A stretch of 64,000 nucleotides of DNA from Pirellulaceae bacterium (GTDB taxonomy: Bacteria; Planctomycetota; Planctomycetia; Pirellulales; Pirellulaceae): the NCBI GenBank assembly GCA_028066335.1, contig JALCBQ010000001.1:13480-77479 (forward strand). The letters run 5' to 3'. The notes under the pieces are model-generated. The model had not been told where the DNA came from. It saw nothing but the letters and a program-made list of their open reading frames with translations, and ran no database searches. The position numbers were made by a program, and so were the translations under genes. Shown in pieces: positions 53,689 through 62,347 of this stretch. Positions within the stretch are counted from its first letter, which is position 1. Every line of letters starts with the position of its first letter.

Positions 53689-54468
53689 ATGTCATTGGTC
53701 GAGGTAAAAAAACATGGTCCCAGTGGAACGATTATTCTTAGCCGTTCGGAAAAACGAAACGCACTTTCACGTGGGTTAATTGGCGACCTTAAACAAGCTT
53801 TTTTTGATCTTTATCAGGAGAAGTCGGTCAAGGCAGTGATCTTAACGGGGGCAGGGTCGGCTTTTTGTGCCGGGATGGATCTTAAAGAGATGCTCCAAGC
53901 TTCGCAGGAACAAGATCCTCACCTTGTATGGCAACAAGATGCCGAAATCTATCAAGAGCTTTTGGAGCAGATGCTTCAGTTTCCCAAGCCGATCATTGCA
54001 GCGGTCAACGGTCCCGCAATGGCAGGTGGTGGTGGACTTGTTTTGGCCTGCGATATCATATTGGGTTCACCGACAGCGACTTTTGGTTTCCCCGAGCCCA
54101 AGAGGGGGCTTGTTGCCGGTATGGTTTCACCGATGCTCGCTTTTCGAATTGGTGGTGGCAAAGCGACAAACCTATTGTTAACGGCCAGAACCCTCTCGGC
54201 ACAAGAAGCTTTCGAATGGGGGGTTTTTCATGAATTACTCGAAGAAGAAAAACTTTGGGCGAGGGCACATGAGATCGCTTGCGAATGTAGTGAGTCGGCG
54301 CCTTCGGCACTTATGTTGACCAAACGCGTCGTCTACGAAACGATCGGTGAGTATTTGCAGACGCAACTCGGATCGGGGGCGGCCCACAGCGCAGCGGCCC
54401 GATCGACTCCATCGGCCAAAGAGGGATTGGCAGCCTTTTTGGAAAAACGGGAGCCGAGTTGGGACTAA
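53689..54468 (+). CDS. Enoyl-CoA hydratase/isomerase (crotonase) family protein
   Basis: 259 aa. RSEKRNAL, VILTGAGSAFCAGMDLKE, IAAVNGPAMAGGGGLVLACD and GFPEPKRGL are crotonase oxyanion-hole and catalytic motifs. Confidence 0.92.
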   Translation: MSLVEVKKHGPSGTIILSRSEKRNALSRGLIGDLKQAFFDLYQEKSVKAVILTGAGSAFCAGMDLKEMLQASQEQDPHLVWQQDAEIYQELLEQMLQFPKPIIAAVNGPAMAGGGGLVLACDIILGSPTATFGFPEPKRGLVAGMVSPMLAFRIGGGKATNLLLTARTLSAQEAFEWGVFHELLEEEKLWARAHEIACECSESAPSALMLTKRVVYETIGEYLQTQLGSGAAHSAAARSTPSAKEGLAAFLEKREPSWD

Positions 54469-54558
54469 GCCGGTCCAAAGATAAAGGGATAAAAAGAGCA
54501 AGGTAGAAAGAGGGTTCTTTCTTTTGAGGAGATGGCTCCACGACTCTTTATGAGGTCG

Positions 54559-54623
54559 GTCACCCTTATTTGTCACCCTTATTTGTCACCCTTATTTGTC
54601 ACCCTTATTTGTCACCCTTATTT
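54559..54623. repeat. Perfect tandem repeat, 5 x 13 bp (GTCACCCTTATTT)
   Basis: Counted base by base: units at 54559, 54572, 54585, 54598 and 54611, with no mismatches. The last unit supplies the final Lys codon and the TAA stop of the minus-strand gene ending at 54618. Confidence 0.97.
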
Positions 54624-56195
54624 AGAGTCTCTTAAGATAAAAGGTTCTTCTGGAACGGCGCTCTTTTGGTAGAGAGGGGCGTAACGGTAGTAGACTTCGA
54701 GAATCATTGCTGACATTGCTGTGCAGTAAAGTCGACCACCGGCCTCGTTATGTTGGTCACCTTCGAAATACCAGCTTCCACTTTCGTGCCCTCGACTTGC
54801 CTGGGTTCGAATAAGATACTCTCGCATCTTTTCGTTCCACGCCTCCCATTGTGGCCCACCTTGATGGCGTAAAATTTGGGTCGTGTAGAAGTTAAAATAG
54901 ATGTCATTAGGGGAAGGACCTAAATCGACGAGATAGTCGACCCCTTTTTTAAGCTGGGGATCCTCTCTGGCTATCCCAAAATACATTCTGTTCAAAAGTC
55001 CGATACTCGTCGGTCCTGGTAATTTATCTGGTTTGATATAGCCGTAATAAGCCCCCTTTTCGGTCTCCATTTTGTCGAGAAATTGCTCGGCCCGTTTGAG
55101 GGTCTCTGGCGGTATCGACATACCGGCCATTTGGCCACTACGAAGGGCCATGATCTGCCAACCGGTCACCGTCATGTCGCCCGGCTGTCGAGGGGTATAA
55201 CGCCAGCCACCATCGTTCGGATTTTGAGTATAGACGATATAGTTAATCGCCTCTTGGGCAGGCTCTTTGTATTTAGAATCGCCTGTCATGGTATAAATTT
55301 CGCAGAGGACAATGGTTGCCAGTCCGTGCGAATACATGTCACCGACTCCACGAAAATCAGAGAGAATCTTATGACTGTTTTCGGTATTGGTGGCTGTTCT
55401 TTTTTGTTTAAGGAGATAGTTCAGACCGTTTTCAATCGCTTTTTTATATTGTCCTTCCTGGTGTGTTTGACCAGAACCCAAGAAGGCATAAAGGGCCAGG
55501 GCAGTCGCGCCAGTATCGTGTTCTGAAAGTCCCTGATGGCGACATTGTCCATTGCATGGCTCATGTTCGGCGAACTGAAGCCTCCACGAACCATCTGCGA
55601 GCTGGTGTTTGGCGAGCCAGCGGAGCGCGTTAGCGACCGCTTGTTCACTTTGAGCTGTTCCCCCCCCTTCGGTGATCATTTTTTGCCGTTCATTCTCTTT
55701 TCGAGAATCGAGGCCTCCCCCTTTCCGGCTGGCAAGTGGTTGGACCAGTAAGGAGTCAGTTTTGTGGGCATTCAAAAGTTGATTAGGAAGGGTAAGGGTC
55801 GTTTCGGCCGTTGCGTTGGCCTCCTCTTGGCTTTCATTTTGCGAAAATTGTTCGGCGAGTTCATTGTGTTCAAGAAGCTCGTTATTAGCACTTTGTTCTA
55901 GTAAGTCTGAAAAGTCGGTCGCGTTGAGTTCGATTTTGTCTGCCGGTAGGATCGAGTCGTTATTAGCCGAACTGATATAAAGGGAAGGGGGGCCATGGCC
56001 AATACCGGCTGCCTGGGAGAGAACGAGCAACAAGGTGAGGAAAATGAGGTGAAGAAAGAGGCTGGCCAAGAGGCCGGAGTATGACTGGCTAGATTTTGGG
56101 TGTGAGAGAGAAGGTCTGTACCTTTGGTAGATACCACCTGTTGATTGGGGAGAGTCGTTCTTATCTTTTTGGGCTCGTCGGCCAAACATAGTCAA
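54618..56195 (-). CDS. TM-anchored prenyltransferase/squalene-oxidase-repeat (alpha/alpha toroid, terpene-cyclase-like) protein
   Basis: 525 aa. TM helix (LLASLFLHLIFLTLLLVL) and a low-complexity acidic linker. Then repeated ..A..WL...Q..DGSW / GGWRY / SGSWYF motifs typical of the prenyltransferase/SQHop-cyclase repeat. Confidence 0.8.
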   Translation of the reverse strand: MTMFGRRAQKDKNDSPQSTGGIYQRYRPSLSHPKSSQSYSGLLASLFLHLIFLTLLLVLSQAAGIGHGPPSLYISSANNDSILPADKIELNATDFSDLLEQSANNELLEHNELAEQFSQNESQEEANATAETTLTLPNQLLNAHKTDSLLVQPLASRKGGGLDSRKENERQKMITEGGGTAQSEQAVANALRWLAKHQLADGSWRLQFAEHEPCNGQCRHQGLSEHDTGATALALYAFLGSGQTHQEGQYKKAIENGLNYLLKQKRTATNTENSHKILSDFRGVGDMYSHGLATIVLCEIYTMTGDSKYKEPAQEAINYIVYTQNPNDGGWRYTPRQPGDMTVTGWQIMALRSGQMAGMSIPPETLKRAEQFLDKMETEKGAYYGYIKPDKLPGPTSIGLLNRMYFGIAREDPQLKKGVDYLVDLGPSPNDIYFNFYTTQILRHQGGPQWEAWNEKMREYLIRTQASRGHESGSWYFEGDQHNEAGGRLYCTAMSAMILEVYYRYAPLYQKSAVPEEPFILRDSK

Positions 56196-56531
56196 GGAAT
56201 GGGGTGCAGAAGGGTAGGGGCGTGAGGCAATCTATAGAGAAGATCACGTGACCGAAAATTATAGCTCACAAGGGAAAAAGAGAGGCAAGGAAATCTCCCT
56301 TTTTAGGGGAACTTTTTAAAGGTCATAGTGGTTATACGGGCCTAGGTTATTGCCCGATTGTTTCGAGGAAAAACGTCAAGAAAGTAGGTAGGGGTAGGAT
56401 TTTGCGGAGGTTTTCTCGAGTTTTTCAGGCTAGCCACTAGCGGAAATGGCGAGTCTATGTTTTAATGACTGGTTCAAAAGGCGATAGAATCGTTTGTAAA
56501 CCTGTAGGCTATTCCGTAAAAGAGACGAAAA

Positions 56532-56696
56532 ATGGCTAAAAGTAAAAAGAAAAAAGAGACGATGTTTTTGGTCTGTCAGGAGACAGGCGATTACAACTAC
56601 ACAATTCGCAAAAAACCGGGCACCGAAAAGCTAAGCCTCAAGAAATATTCGGCCCGTTTGCGTAAACATACACTTCATGTCGAGAAGAAAAAATAA
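56532..56696 (+). CDS. rpmG: 50S ribosomal protein L33
   Basis: Translated by hand, because it is below the ORF-track length cut-off: [54 protein letters not shown]. The pattern ..L.C......Y.T.K.......L.LKKY.P..RKHT.H.E.K is the L33 signature. A strong terminator follows. Confidence 0.9.
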   Translation: MAKSKKKKETMFLVCQETGDYNYTIRKKPGTEKLSLKKYSARLRKHTLHVEKKK

Positions 56697-56715
56697 CTCA
56701 AAAGACGTCGTCTGG

Positions 56716-56745
56716 GCCCCTTGCCAAAAGCAAGGGGCTTTTTTT
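56716..56745 (+). terminator. Intrinsic terminator after rpmG
   Basis: Perfect 9-bp stem GCCCCTTGC / GCAAGGGGC with a CAAAA loop, followed by TTTTTTT. Confidence 0.85.
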
Positions 56746-56922
56746 GTGCTGCGCCTTGTTTGCCTTTACCACACCATTTTGCTGTTCTGATGTTTCTGTC
56801 TCTTCGACTTGAGATATGGGTTGCGGCTATTGGGCGAAATAGAGAGAATGTAGAGCAAGAGAATCGGCTCTTGGAAGGAGAGAGGGTCGAGCACAAAAAG
56901 CCAAAATGGGGCAACAGCTAGG

Positions 56923-58683
56923 ATGACCAAAACTTGGAAAATTTGTCACCACGACTTGGCAAAAATCGCTCATCTTGAAAAAAACCTTGCGATACCGGCC
57001 GTCGTTGCCCAGCTACTCACCGCACGTCAGTTAACTGACCTTGAGGTGGCCAGACAATTTCTCAATCCCAAACTTTCAGATTTACGCGAGCCGACCGACC
57101 TGCCGGGAGTTTCCCAAGGGGTCGAAGTTATTCTACGGGCTATCCAGGAGAAGAAGAAAGTCACTATCTACGGTGATTATGATGCCGACGGGATGACCTC
57201 GACGGCAATTTTGTACCGTTGTTTGGAGTTGCTGGGGGCGACGGTCGATTACCTTATTCCCAATCGGTTGGGTGAAGGGTATGGCCTTCATCGAGAAAAC
57301 TTAGATCAACTTGCCGCACGGGGTAGCGACCTTGTTGTTACGGTCGATTGTGGGATTAGTGATGTCGACGAGGTCGCCTATGCGACCAAGCTCGGTATAG
57401 AAATTATTATTACTGACCACCATCGGGTCGGCCCGACGATTCCCGAGGCGGCGGCCGTTGTTCATCCTGCCTTGCCAGGTGGTGGCTATCCATTTGATGG
57501 CTTGTGTGGTGCGGGGGTCGCTTTCAAGCTTGCCTGGGCACTTTGCCAAGAAGTTAGTGGCGAAAAAAAGGTCAGTCCGCGAATGCGGAACTTTCTTCTT
57601 GAAGCCGTTTCCCTAGCGATGATCGGCACCGTCGCCGATGTGGTTCCCCTGCTCGACGAAAATCGTGCCCTTGTAAAGTATGGCCTCTCATCCATTTTGG
57701 ACCAAGCCCCGATGGGTCTTCAGAAGCTTCTTATCGCGACGAAGCTCGATCAAAAAAAGGGACGCCTAAAAACGACCGATATCGGTTTTGGCTTGGCACC
57801 TTTACTCAATGCGGCTGGGCGGCTCGGTCAGGCGCCGTTGGCCGTCGAATTGCTAACGACGAGTAACGAGGCTCGGGCTGAGGCGATTACCGAGTATATT
57901 TGCCAACTTAACGAGAGTCGTGGGACGCTTGAGCGGTCGGTCTATCGTGAAGCTCATAAACAACTCCAGGAAAAGTATAATATCGAGGAGGCCCCGGCCT
58001 TTGTTCTGTCTGGGAAAGGGTGGCATTCGGGGGTTATTGGAATTGTTGCGAGTCGACTTGTCGACAAGTATGGTAAGCCCACTTTCATTGTGGCACAGGA
58101 TAAATTGGGGCTCAAGGTAGGGGTCGGGTCAGGGCGGGCTGCAAATGGGCTAAACCTTTACCAGGCTCTTGCGGCTTGTAAGGATCACTTGGTTTCGTTT
58201 GGCGGTCATGCAGCGGCAGCCGGCTTTAAAATAGACGATGACAAAATAGAAGCCTTTACCCAACAGTTTGAAGAATACCTGGAAGAACTTCCCGGTGATC
58301 AGGTCGCTGAACTGACGATTGATGCCGAGATCGCCTTTGGGCAATTAACTCATGAAAGTATTCGCCAGTTCGATCTGTTGGAGCCATTCGGGCAAGGGAA
58401 CAAATCGCCACTTTTTTGTGCCATGGGGGTTGAGCTTGTCGGTGAGCCGAAGACGATGGGTGGAGGTAAACGCCATTTTTCGGCCCAGTTTCGCCAAGGG
58501 AACCATACCCTTCGGGCGATCGCTTTTGGCCGGGCCGATTGGGTCGAGGAAATGTTAAAAGTGGGAGGCACATTTGACATTGCGTTTCGGCCAACGATTA
58601 ACGAATTTCGAGGACAGTTTAACGTTGAAATTCGTCTGGAAGATTGGCGTAAGGCTAGCCATGCGGCCGCCGTTGCCGGCTAA
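56923..58683 (+). CDS. recJ: Single-stranded-DNA-specific exonuclease RecJ
   Basis: DHH-family motifs IYGDYDADGMTS, TVDCGI, IITDHH and GHAAAAGF (DHHA1). 586 aa. Confidence 0.95.
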   Translation: MTKTWKICHHDLAKIAHLEKNLAIPAVVAQLLTARQLTDLEVARQFLNPKLSDLREPTDLPGVSQGVEVILRAIQEKKKVTIYGDYDADGMTSTAILYRCLELLGATVDYLIPNRLGEGYGLHRENLDQLAARGSDLVVTVDCGISDVDEVAYATKLGIEIIITDHHRVGPTIPEAAAVVHPALPGGGYPFDGLCGAGVAFKLAWALCQEVSGEKKVSPRMRNFLLEAVSLAMIGTVADVVPLLDENRALVKYGLSSILDQAPMGLQKLLIATKLDQKKGRLKTTDIGFGLAPLLNAAGRLGQAPLAVELLTTSNEARAEAITEYICQLNESRGTLERSVYREAHKQLQEKYNIEEAPAFVLSGKGWHSGVIGIVASRLVDKYGKPTFIVAQDKLGLKVGVGSGRAANGLNLYQALAACKDHLVSFGGHAAAAGFKIDDDKIEAFTQQFEEYLEELPGDQVAELTIDAEIAFGQLTHESIRQFDLLEPFGQGNKSPLFCAMGVELVGEPKTMGGGKRHFSAQFRQGNHTLRAIAFGRADWVEEMLKVGGTFDIAFRPTINEFRGQFNVEIRLEDWRKASHAAAVAG

Positions 58684-58936
58684 TTTTTGGAGAATCTGCT
58701 CTCGAATCATTCAGCTCTTAGGACTGGAATTTGCCCCTTCTTTTCCTAAAGCTTTTTAGCCCTCTCTTTTTTTTCAAAAAAGAGTTGTTTCTGCTAGTGG
58801 TTGTTGTTAAAGTGGTATTCGCACAGGGAGGTCGATAGAGGCCTCCTTGCGTAGATCTCTATCGGTACCTCGGTACCTTTTTTGTTGCGTTTTTGATTTT
58901 CTTCCTTTACAAGAGCTTTCCCCGCGAGACGATATC

Positions 58937-61900
58937 ATGAGACGAAATCCTACCTGCCTGGCCGTTGCTGCCCTTCCTCGAACGGCCTCCAATTACCACT
59001 TGCTGCCAGTTTTCTTTTTTGTGTTTGGCATCGTTCTATTTAGTTCGACCCTCTATGGTGGAGAACGAATTGATGAAAAAAATGAGAAGAATAAAACGGT
59101 AGAGACCCAAGATCGACCGACCAATCATCAACTGTTTCAAAGCTTTAGGTATCGAAATGTCGGCCCGAACAATATGATGGGGCGAATTGCAGCGATCGAC
59201 GCACTCAATACTGACTATCGGACTGTCTTGATCGGATCGGCCTCGGGAGGGGTTTTTAAATCGACCAATGCTGGGTTGACGTGGGAAGCAATCTTCGATG
59301 ACTATGGGAGTGGCTCTATCGGCGATGTCGCTTTTTTCCAGAAGAACCCCAACATTATTTGGGTTGGAACGGGCGAATCGGCTAACCGTAACAGTAGTGG
59401 TTGGGGAGATGGTATTTATAAGTCGACTGACGGTGGTAGGAGTTTTAAGAATATGGGTCTAAAAGAGACTCATCACATCGCCGAGCTTGCAGTTCATCCT
59501 ACTGATCCTAATATTGTTTACGCCGCTGCTGTTGGGCACTTGTGGGGATATAGTGGTACCAGAGGGCTTTATAAAACGTCTGATGGTGGAAAGACATGGG
59601 ATAAACTTTCTGGTGGCCTTCCGACCGATCCAAAGACTGGTTGTACTGAAATTATTATGGATCCTTCCGATCCTGAGGTTTTGTATGCCGGTTTTTATCA
59701 CCGTTTGCGTGGTCCGGCGACCATGCATAGTGGTGGTCGAGAAGGTGGAATTTACAAGTCGACTGATAGTGGCAAAAGCTGGAAAAAGCTGACAGAGGGC
59801 CTCCCAACGGGTGAGACTGGAATGATCGATATCTCGATTTGTCGTAAGTTTCCTCAGATAGTCGTCGCTGCTGTCGAAGCGAGTGATCAACTGCCACGCG
59901 ACAAAAGTGTTCCAAACTCGGGCGTTTATCGTTCGGACGATGGTGGCAATACGTGGAAATATCTCTATTACAATGCGACGCGCCCTTTTTATCATGGCCA
60001 AGTCGAAATTGATCCGAACGATCCTGATCGAATTTATTATGTCTCACGAAGTTTTGCTCATACAAGAGATGGTGGCAAAACATGGCGAGGTAGAAAACCA
60101 TGGCGCAGTACTGGTGGTGACGACCACGATTTGTGGATTTGTCCCTACGATAGCAAAATCAACTATACAGCGACCGACCAAGGGGCCTACTTGACCGTCG
60201 ATGATCGGACCTCGCTGGCCCTTAACAATATGGCAATTGGCCAATATTATGCGATCGGTGTTGATCAACGTGACCCTTACTACATCATTGGTGGTCTCCA
60301 AGACAACGGTCTTTGGATTGGGCCAAGCAACAGTCGTGAGCGGCGCGGTATTTTGACCATGCACAACAAATATTTGGGCAACGGCGATGGCTTTCATTCT
60401 CAAATTGATCCGACTGATTGGCGGATAGCCTATATTGTGAACCATGTCGGATTTGCTGCTCGTAAAAACCTGGAGACAGAAGAGTTCGCGTTTATTACAC
60501 CAACCCCTGAGACGATCACAAACTATCTTGACTACTACGATCCGAATTTTGATCAAGAACCGATTGTATACACGATCGCACCGGGGGAACATTGGTTCTT
60601 TGGGGCAGATGCTCAGCGGCCCAAGCTTCCTGTCCAGTTCCGCTTTAACTGGAGTAGCCCACTCGTTATGTCGCCGACCGATCCCAAGACCCTTTACTTT
60701 GGGTCGAACTATCTTTTTAAGTCGACCGACCGAGGTGACACCTGGGAAATCATTAGTGACGACCTTACGACAAACGATGTCGACCTACGTAATCCTAATG
60801 GTGAAGGTGGTCTTACTATTAGCAATACTGGTGGTGAAAACCATTGTACAATCATGACAATTTCTCAATCGCCATTTGATGATCAAGTCGTTTGGGTCGG
60901 TACCGATGACGGAAATGTCCAAGTGACCCAAAATGGTGGTAAAACATGGTCGAATGTACGTCTGAATATTCAAGGTATTCCTAAGAAAATCTGGGTTAGC
61001 CGGGTAGCCGCTTCGCACCATGAAAAAGGGACCGCCTATGTAACACTTGATAACCATCGTCACGACGACATGAAGCCTTATGTTTATAAGACGACCGACT
61101 TTGGAAAAAGCTGGACCAACATTAGCTCGAACCTTCCCGAAAATGGGTCGGTCTATGTCATTCAAGAAGATGCAAAAAATCCGAATTTCCTCCTCGTTGG
61201 AACCGAGTTTGCAATGTTTGCTTCGATTGATGGTGGTAAAAGTTGGGAGCGGTTTATGAACGGTATGCCAACAGTCGCTATGTACGACGCTCTTATTCAT
61301 CCACGCGACTCCGACCTTGTCGTTGGAACCCATGGGCGTAGTATTTGGATCGCTGACGATTTAACACCGCTGCAACAACTTACTGATGAAGTGTTGGCTA
61401 AAAAATCCCATCTCTTTGAAAGTCGCCGAGCGACGAAATGGATTAGTATCGATTTGGGCCGAAAACAGTCAAACTTTGACTTTCGTGGACAAAATCCACC
61501 TAGTGGTGCCCTCATTCATTACTATCTTCAAGAGAGAGCCGGCAGAGTAGATCTTCAAATTGAAGATCTCTCAGGTAACCTTGTTACAACTATTCGGCGG
61601 CCTGCAACGGGTGCCGGTATTCAGCGGGCGACATGGAACATGAGCTTTCGACCGACAGCCGAGCAGGAAGCGGCCTTGAAGTCCGATCTTCGTGAGGGAG
61701 TTGAGTATCTAAAAACGGTTATTCCGGAAGATAAAGAGCGGGTATTAAGTCGACTTGAGGAGCGGCTCGAATCGTCGAGCGGAATGCGAGGCCTCAACGG
61801 TGTGAGAGCTTCACTAGTGAATTCGTTTGGTGCGTATGCTCCTGGCCGACCAATTTTTGGTAAAAAGCTCGAAAATATTTCGGCACCAGCGGGGGAATAT

Positions 61901-61981
61901 CGGGTAACCCTTACGGTTGATGGTGTAAAGCATAGCAGTACTCTTACCGTTCGTGACGATCCCTTAAAAGGGCAGAAATAA
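58937..61981 (+). CDS. Large secreted Asp-box (BNR) repeat protein, sortilin/VPS10- or GH74-like double beta-propeller
   Basis: At least ten S/T-x-D-x-G-x-T/S-W/F motifs (STNAGLTWE, STDGGRSFK, TSDGGKTWD, STDSGKSWK, SDDGGNTWK, TRDGGKTWR, STDRGDTWE, TQNGGKTWS, TTDFGKSWT, SIDGGKSWE). The N-terminus is signal- or TM-like. The ATG at 58937 is preferred over the TTG at 58847. Confidence 0.85.
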   Translation: MRRNPTCLAVAALPRTASNYHLLPVFFFVFGIVLFSSTLYGGERIDEKNEKNKTVETQDRPTNHQLFQSFRYRNVGPNNMMGRIAAIDALNTDYRTVLIGSASGGVFKSTNAGLTWEAIFDDYGSGSIGDVAFFQKNPNIIWVGTGESANRNSSGWGDGIYKSTDGGRSFKNMGLKETHHIAELAVHPTDPNIVYAAAVGHLWGYSGTRGLYKTSDGGKTWDKLSGGLPTDPKTGCTEIIMDPSDPEVLYAGFYHRLRGPATMHSGGREGGIYKSTDSGKSWKKLTEGLPTGETGMIDISICRKFPQIVVAAVEASDQLPRDKSVPNSGVYRSDDGGNTWKYLYYNATRPFYHGQVEIDPNDPDRIYYVSRSFAHTRDGGKTWRGRKPWRSTGGDDHDLWICPYDSKINYTATDQGAYLTVDDRTSLALNNMAIGQYYAIGVDQRDPYYIIGGLQDNGLWIGPSNSRERRGILTMHNKYLGNGDGFHSQIDPTDWRIAYIVNHVGFAARKNLETEEFAFITPTPETITNYLDYYDPNFDQEPIVYTIAPGEHWFFGADAQRPKLPVQFRFNWSSPLVMSPTDPKTLYFGSNYLFKSTDRGDTWEIISDDLTTNDVDLRNPNGEGGLTISNTGGENHCTIMTISQSPFDDQVVWVGTDDGNVQVTQNGGKTWSNVRLNIQGIPKKIWVSRVAASHHEKGTAYVTLDNHRHDDMKPYVYKTTDFGKSWTNISSNLPENGSVYVIQEDAKNPNFLLVGTEFAMFASIDGGKSWERFMNGMPTVAMYDALIHPRDSDLVVGTHGRSIWIADDLTPLQQLTDEVLAKKSHLFESRRATKWISIDLGRKQSNFDFRGQNPPSGALIHYYLQERAGRVDLQIEDLSGNLVTTIRRPATGAGIQRATWNMSFRPTAEQEAALKSDLREGVEYLKTVIPEDKERVLSRLEERLESSSGMRGLNGVRASLVNSFGAYAPGRPIFGKKLENISAPAGEYRVTLTVDGVKHSSTLTVRDDPLKGQK

Positions 61982-62012
61982 CGTTAACGATCCTTATTTT
62001 AAATAGGCGAAG

Positions 62013-62030
62013 AGCCCTCTTCGGAGGGCT
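62013..62030 (+). terminator. Stem-loop with TTCG tetraloop after the Asp-box gene
   Basis: AGCCCTC-TTCG-GAGGGCT, followed by TTCGTT (a weak U-tract), 32 nt after the stop. Confidence 0.5.
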
Positions 62031-62347
62031 TTCGTTATAAAGTGGGAGAAGGAGCGGTTTATCTCTTATTCCGTTTTTTGAGTACCCTTTTTAGGCACTC
62101 TTCTCGATCCTTGGGGCGATTTCAATCGGCATTGCAAGAATGTACATCGCTGGGATGCAGGGGAAAAGACCGGCTTTTCGCTGGTAAATCCCTTCGATGG
62201 TGAGAAACCATTCCAGAGAGAAAATGGCGGCTATTTTCTTTTGTATTTGCATTGGGCCGTTTATTTTAGCCCTTGTGAAGAACAACTTATCGTAATTAAA
62301 TTAGACGGATTCTCCGTTTTCACGTTTTCGCCCTGGAGTTTTGGGTA

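Noticed and set aside
54235-54576. ORFs 54235-54576 (-) and 54311-54541 (-), adjacent to or overlapping the 13-bp repeat array and the crotonase gene.
   Set aside because: They are antisense to a well-supported crotonase CDS and have Arg/Pro-rich translations, so they are shadow ORFs.
62091-62285. 64-aa minus-strand ORF between the Asp-box gene and putA (hydrophobic, possibly a small membrane protein).
   Set aside because: It has a TTG start, no RBS and no recognisable family. It cannot be supported from sequence alone.
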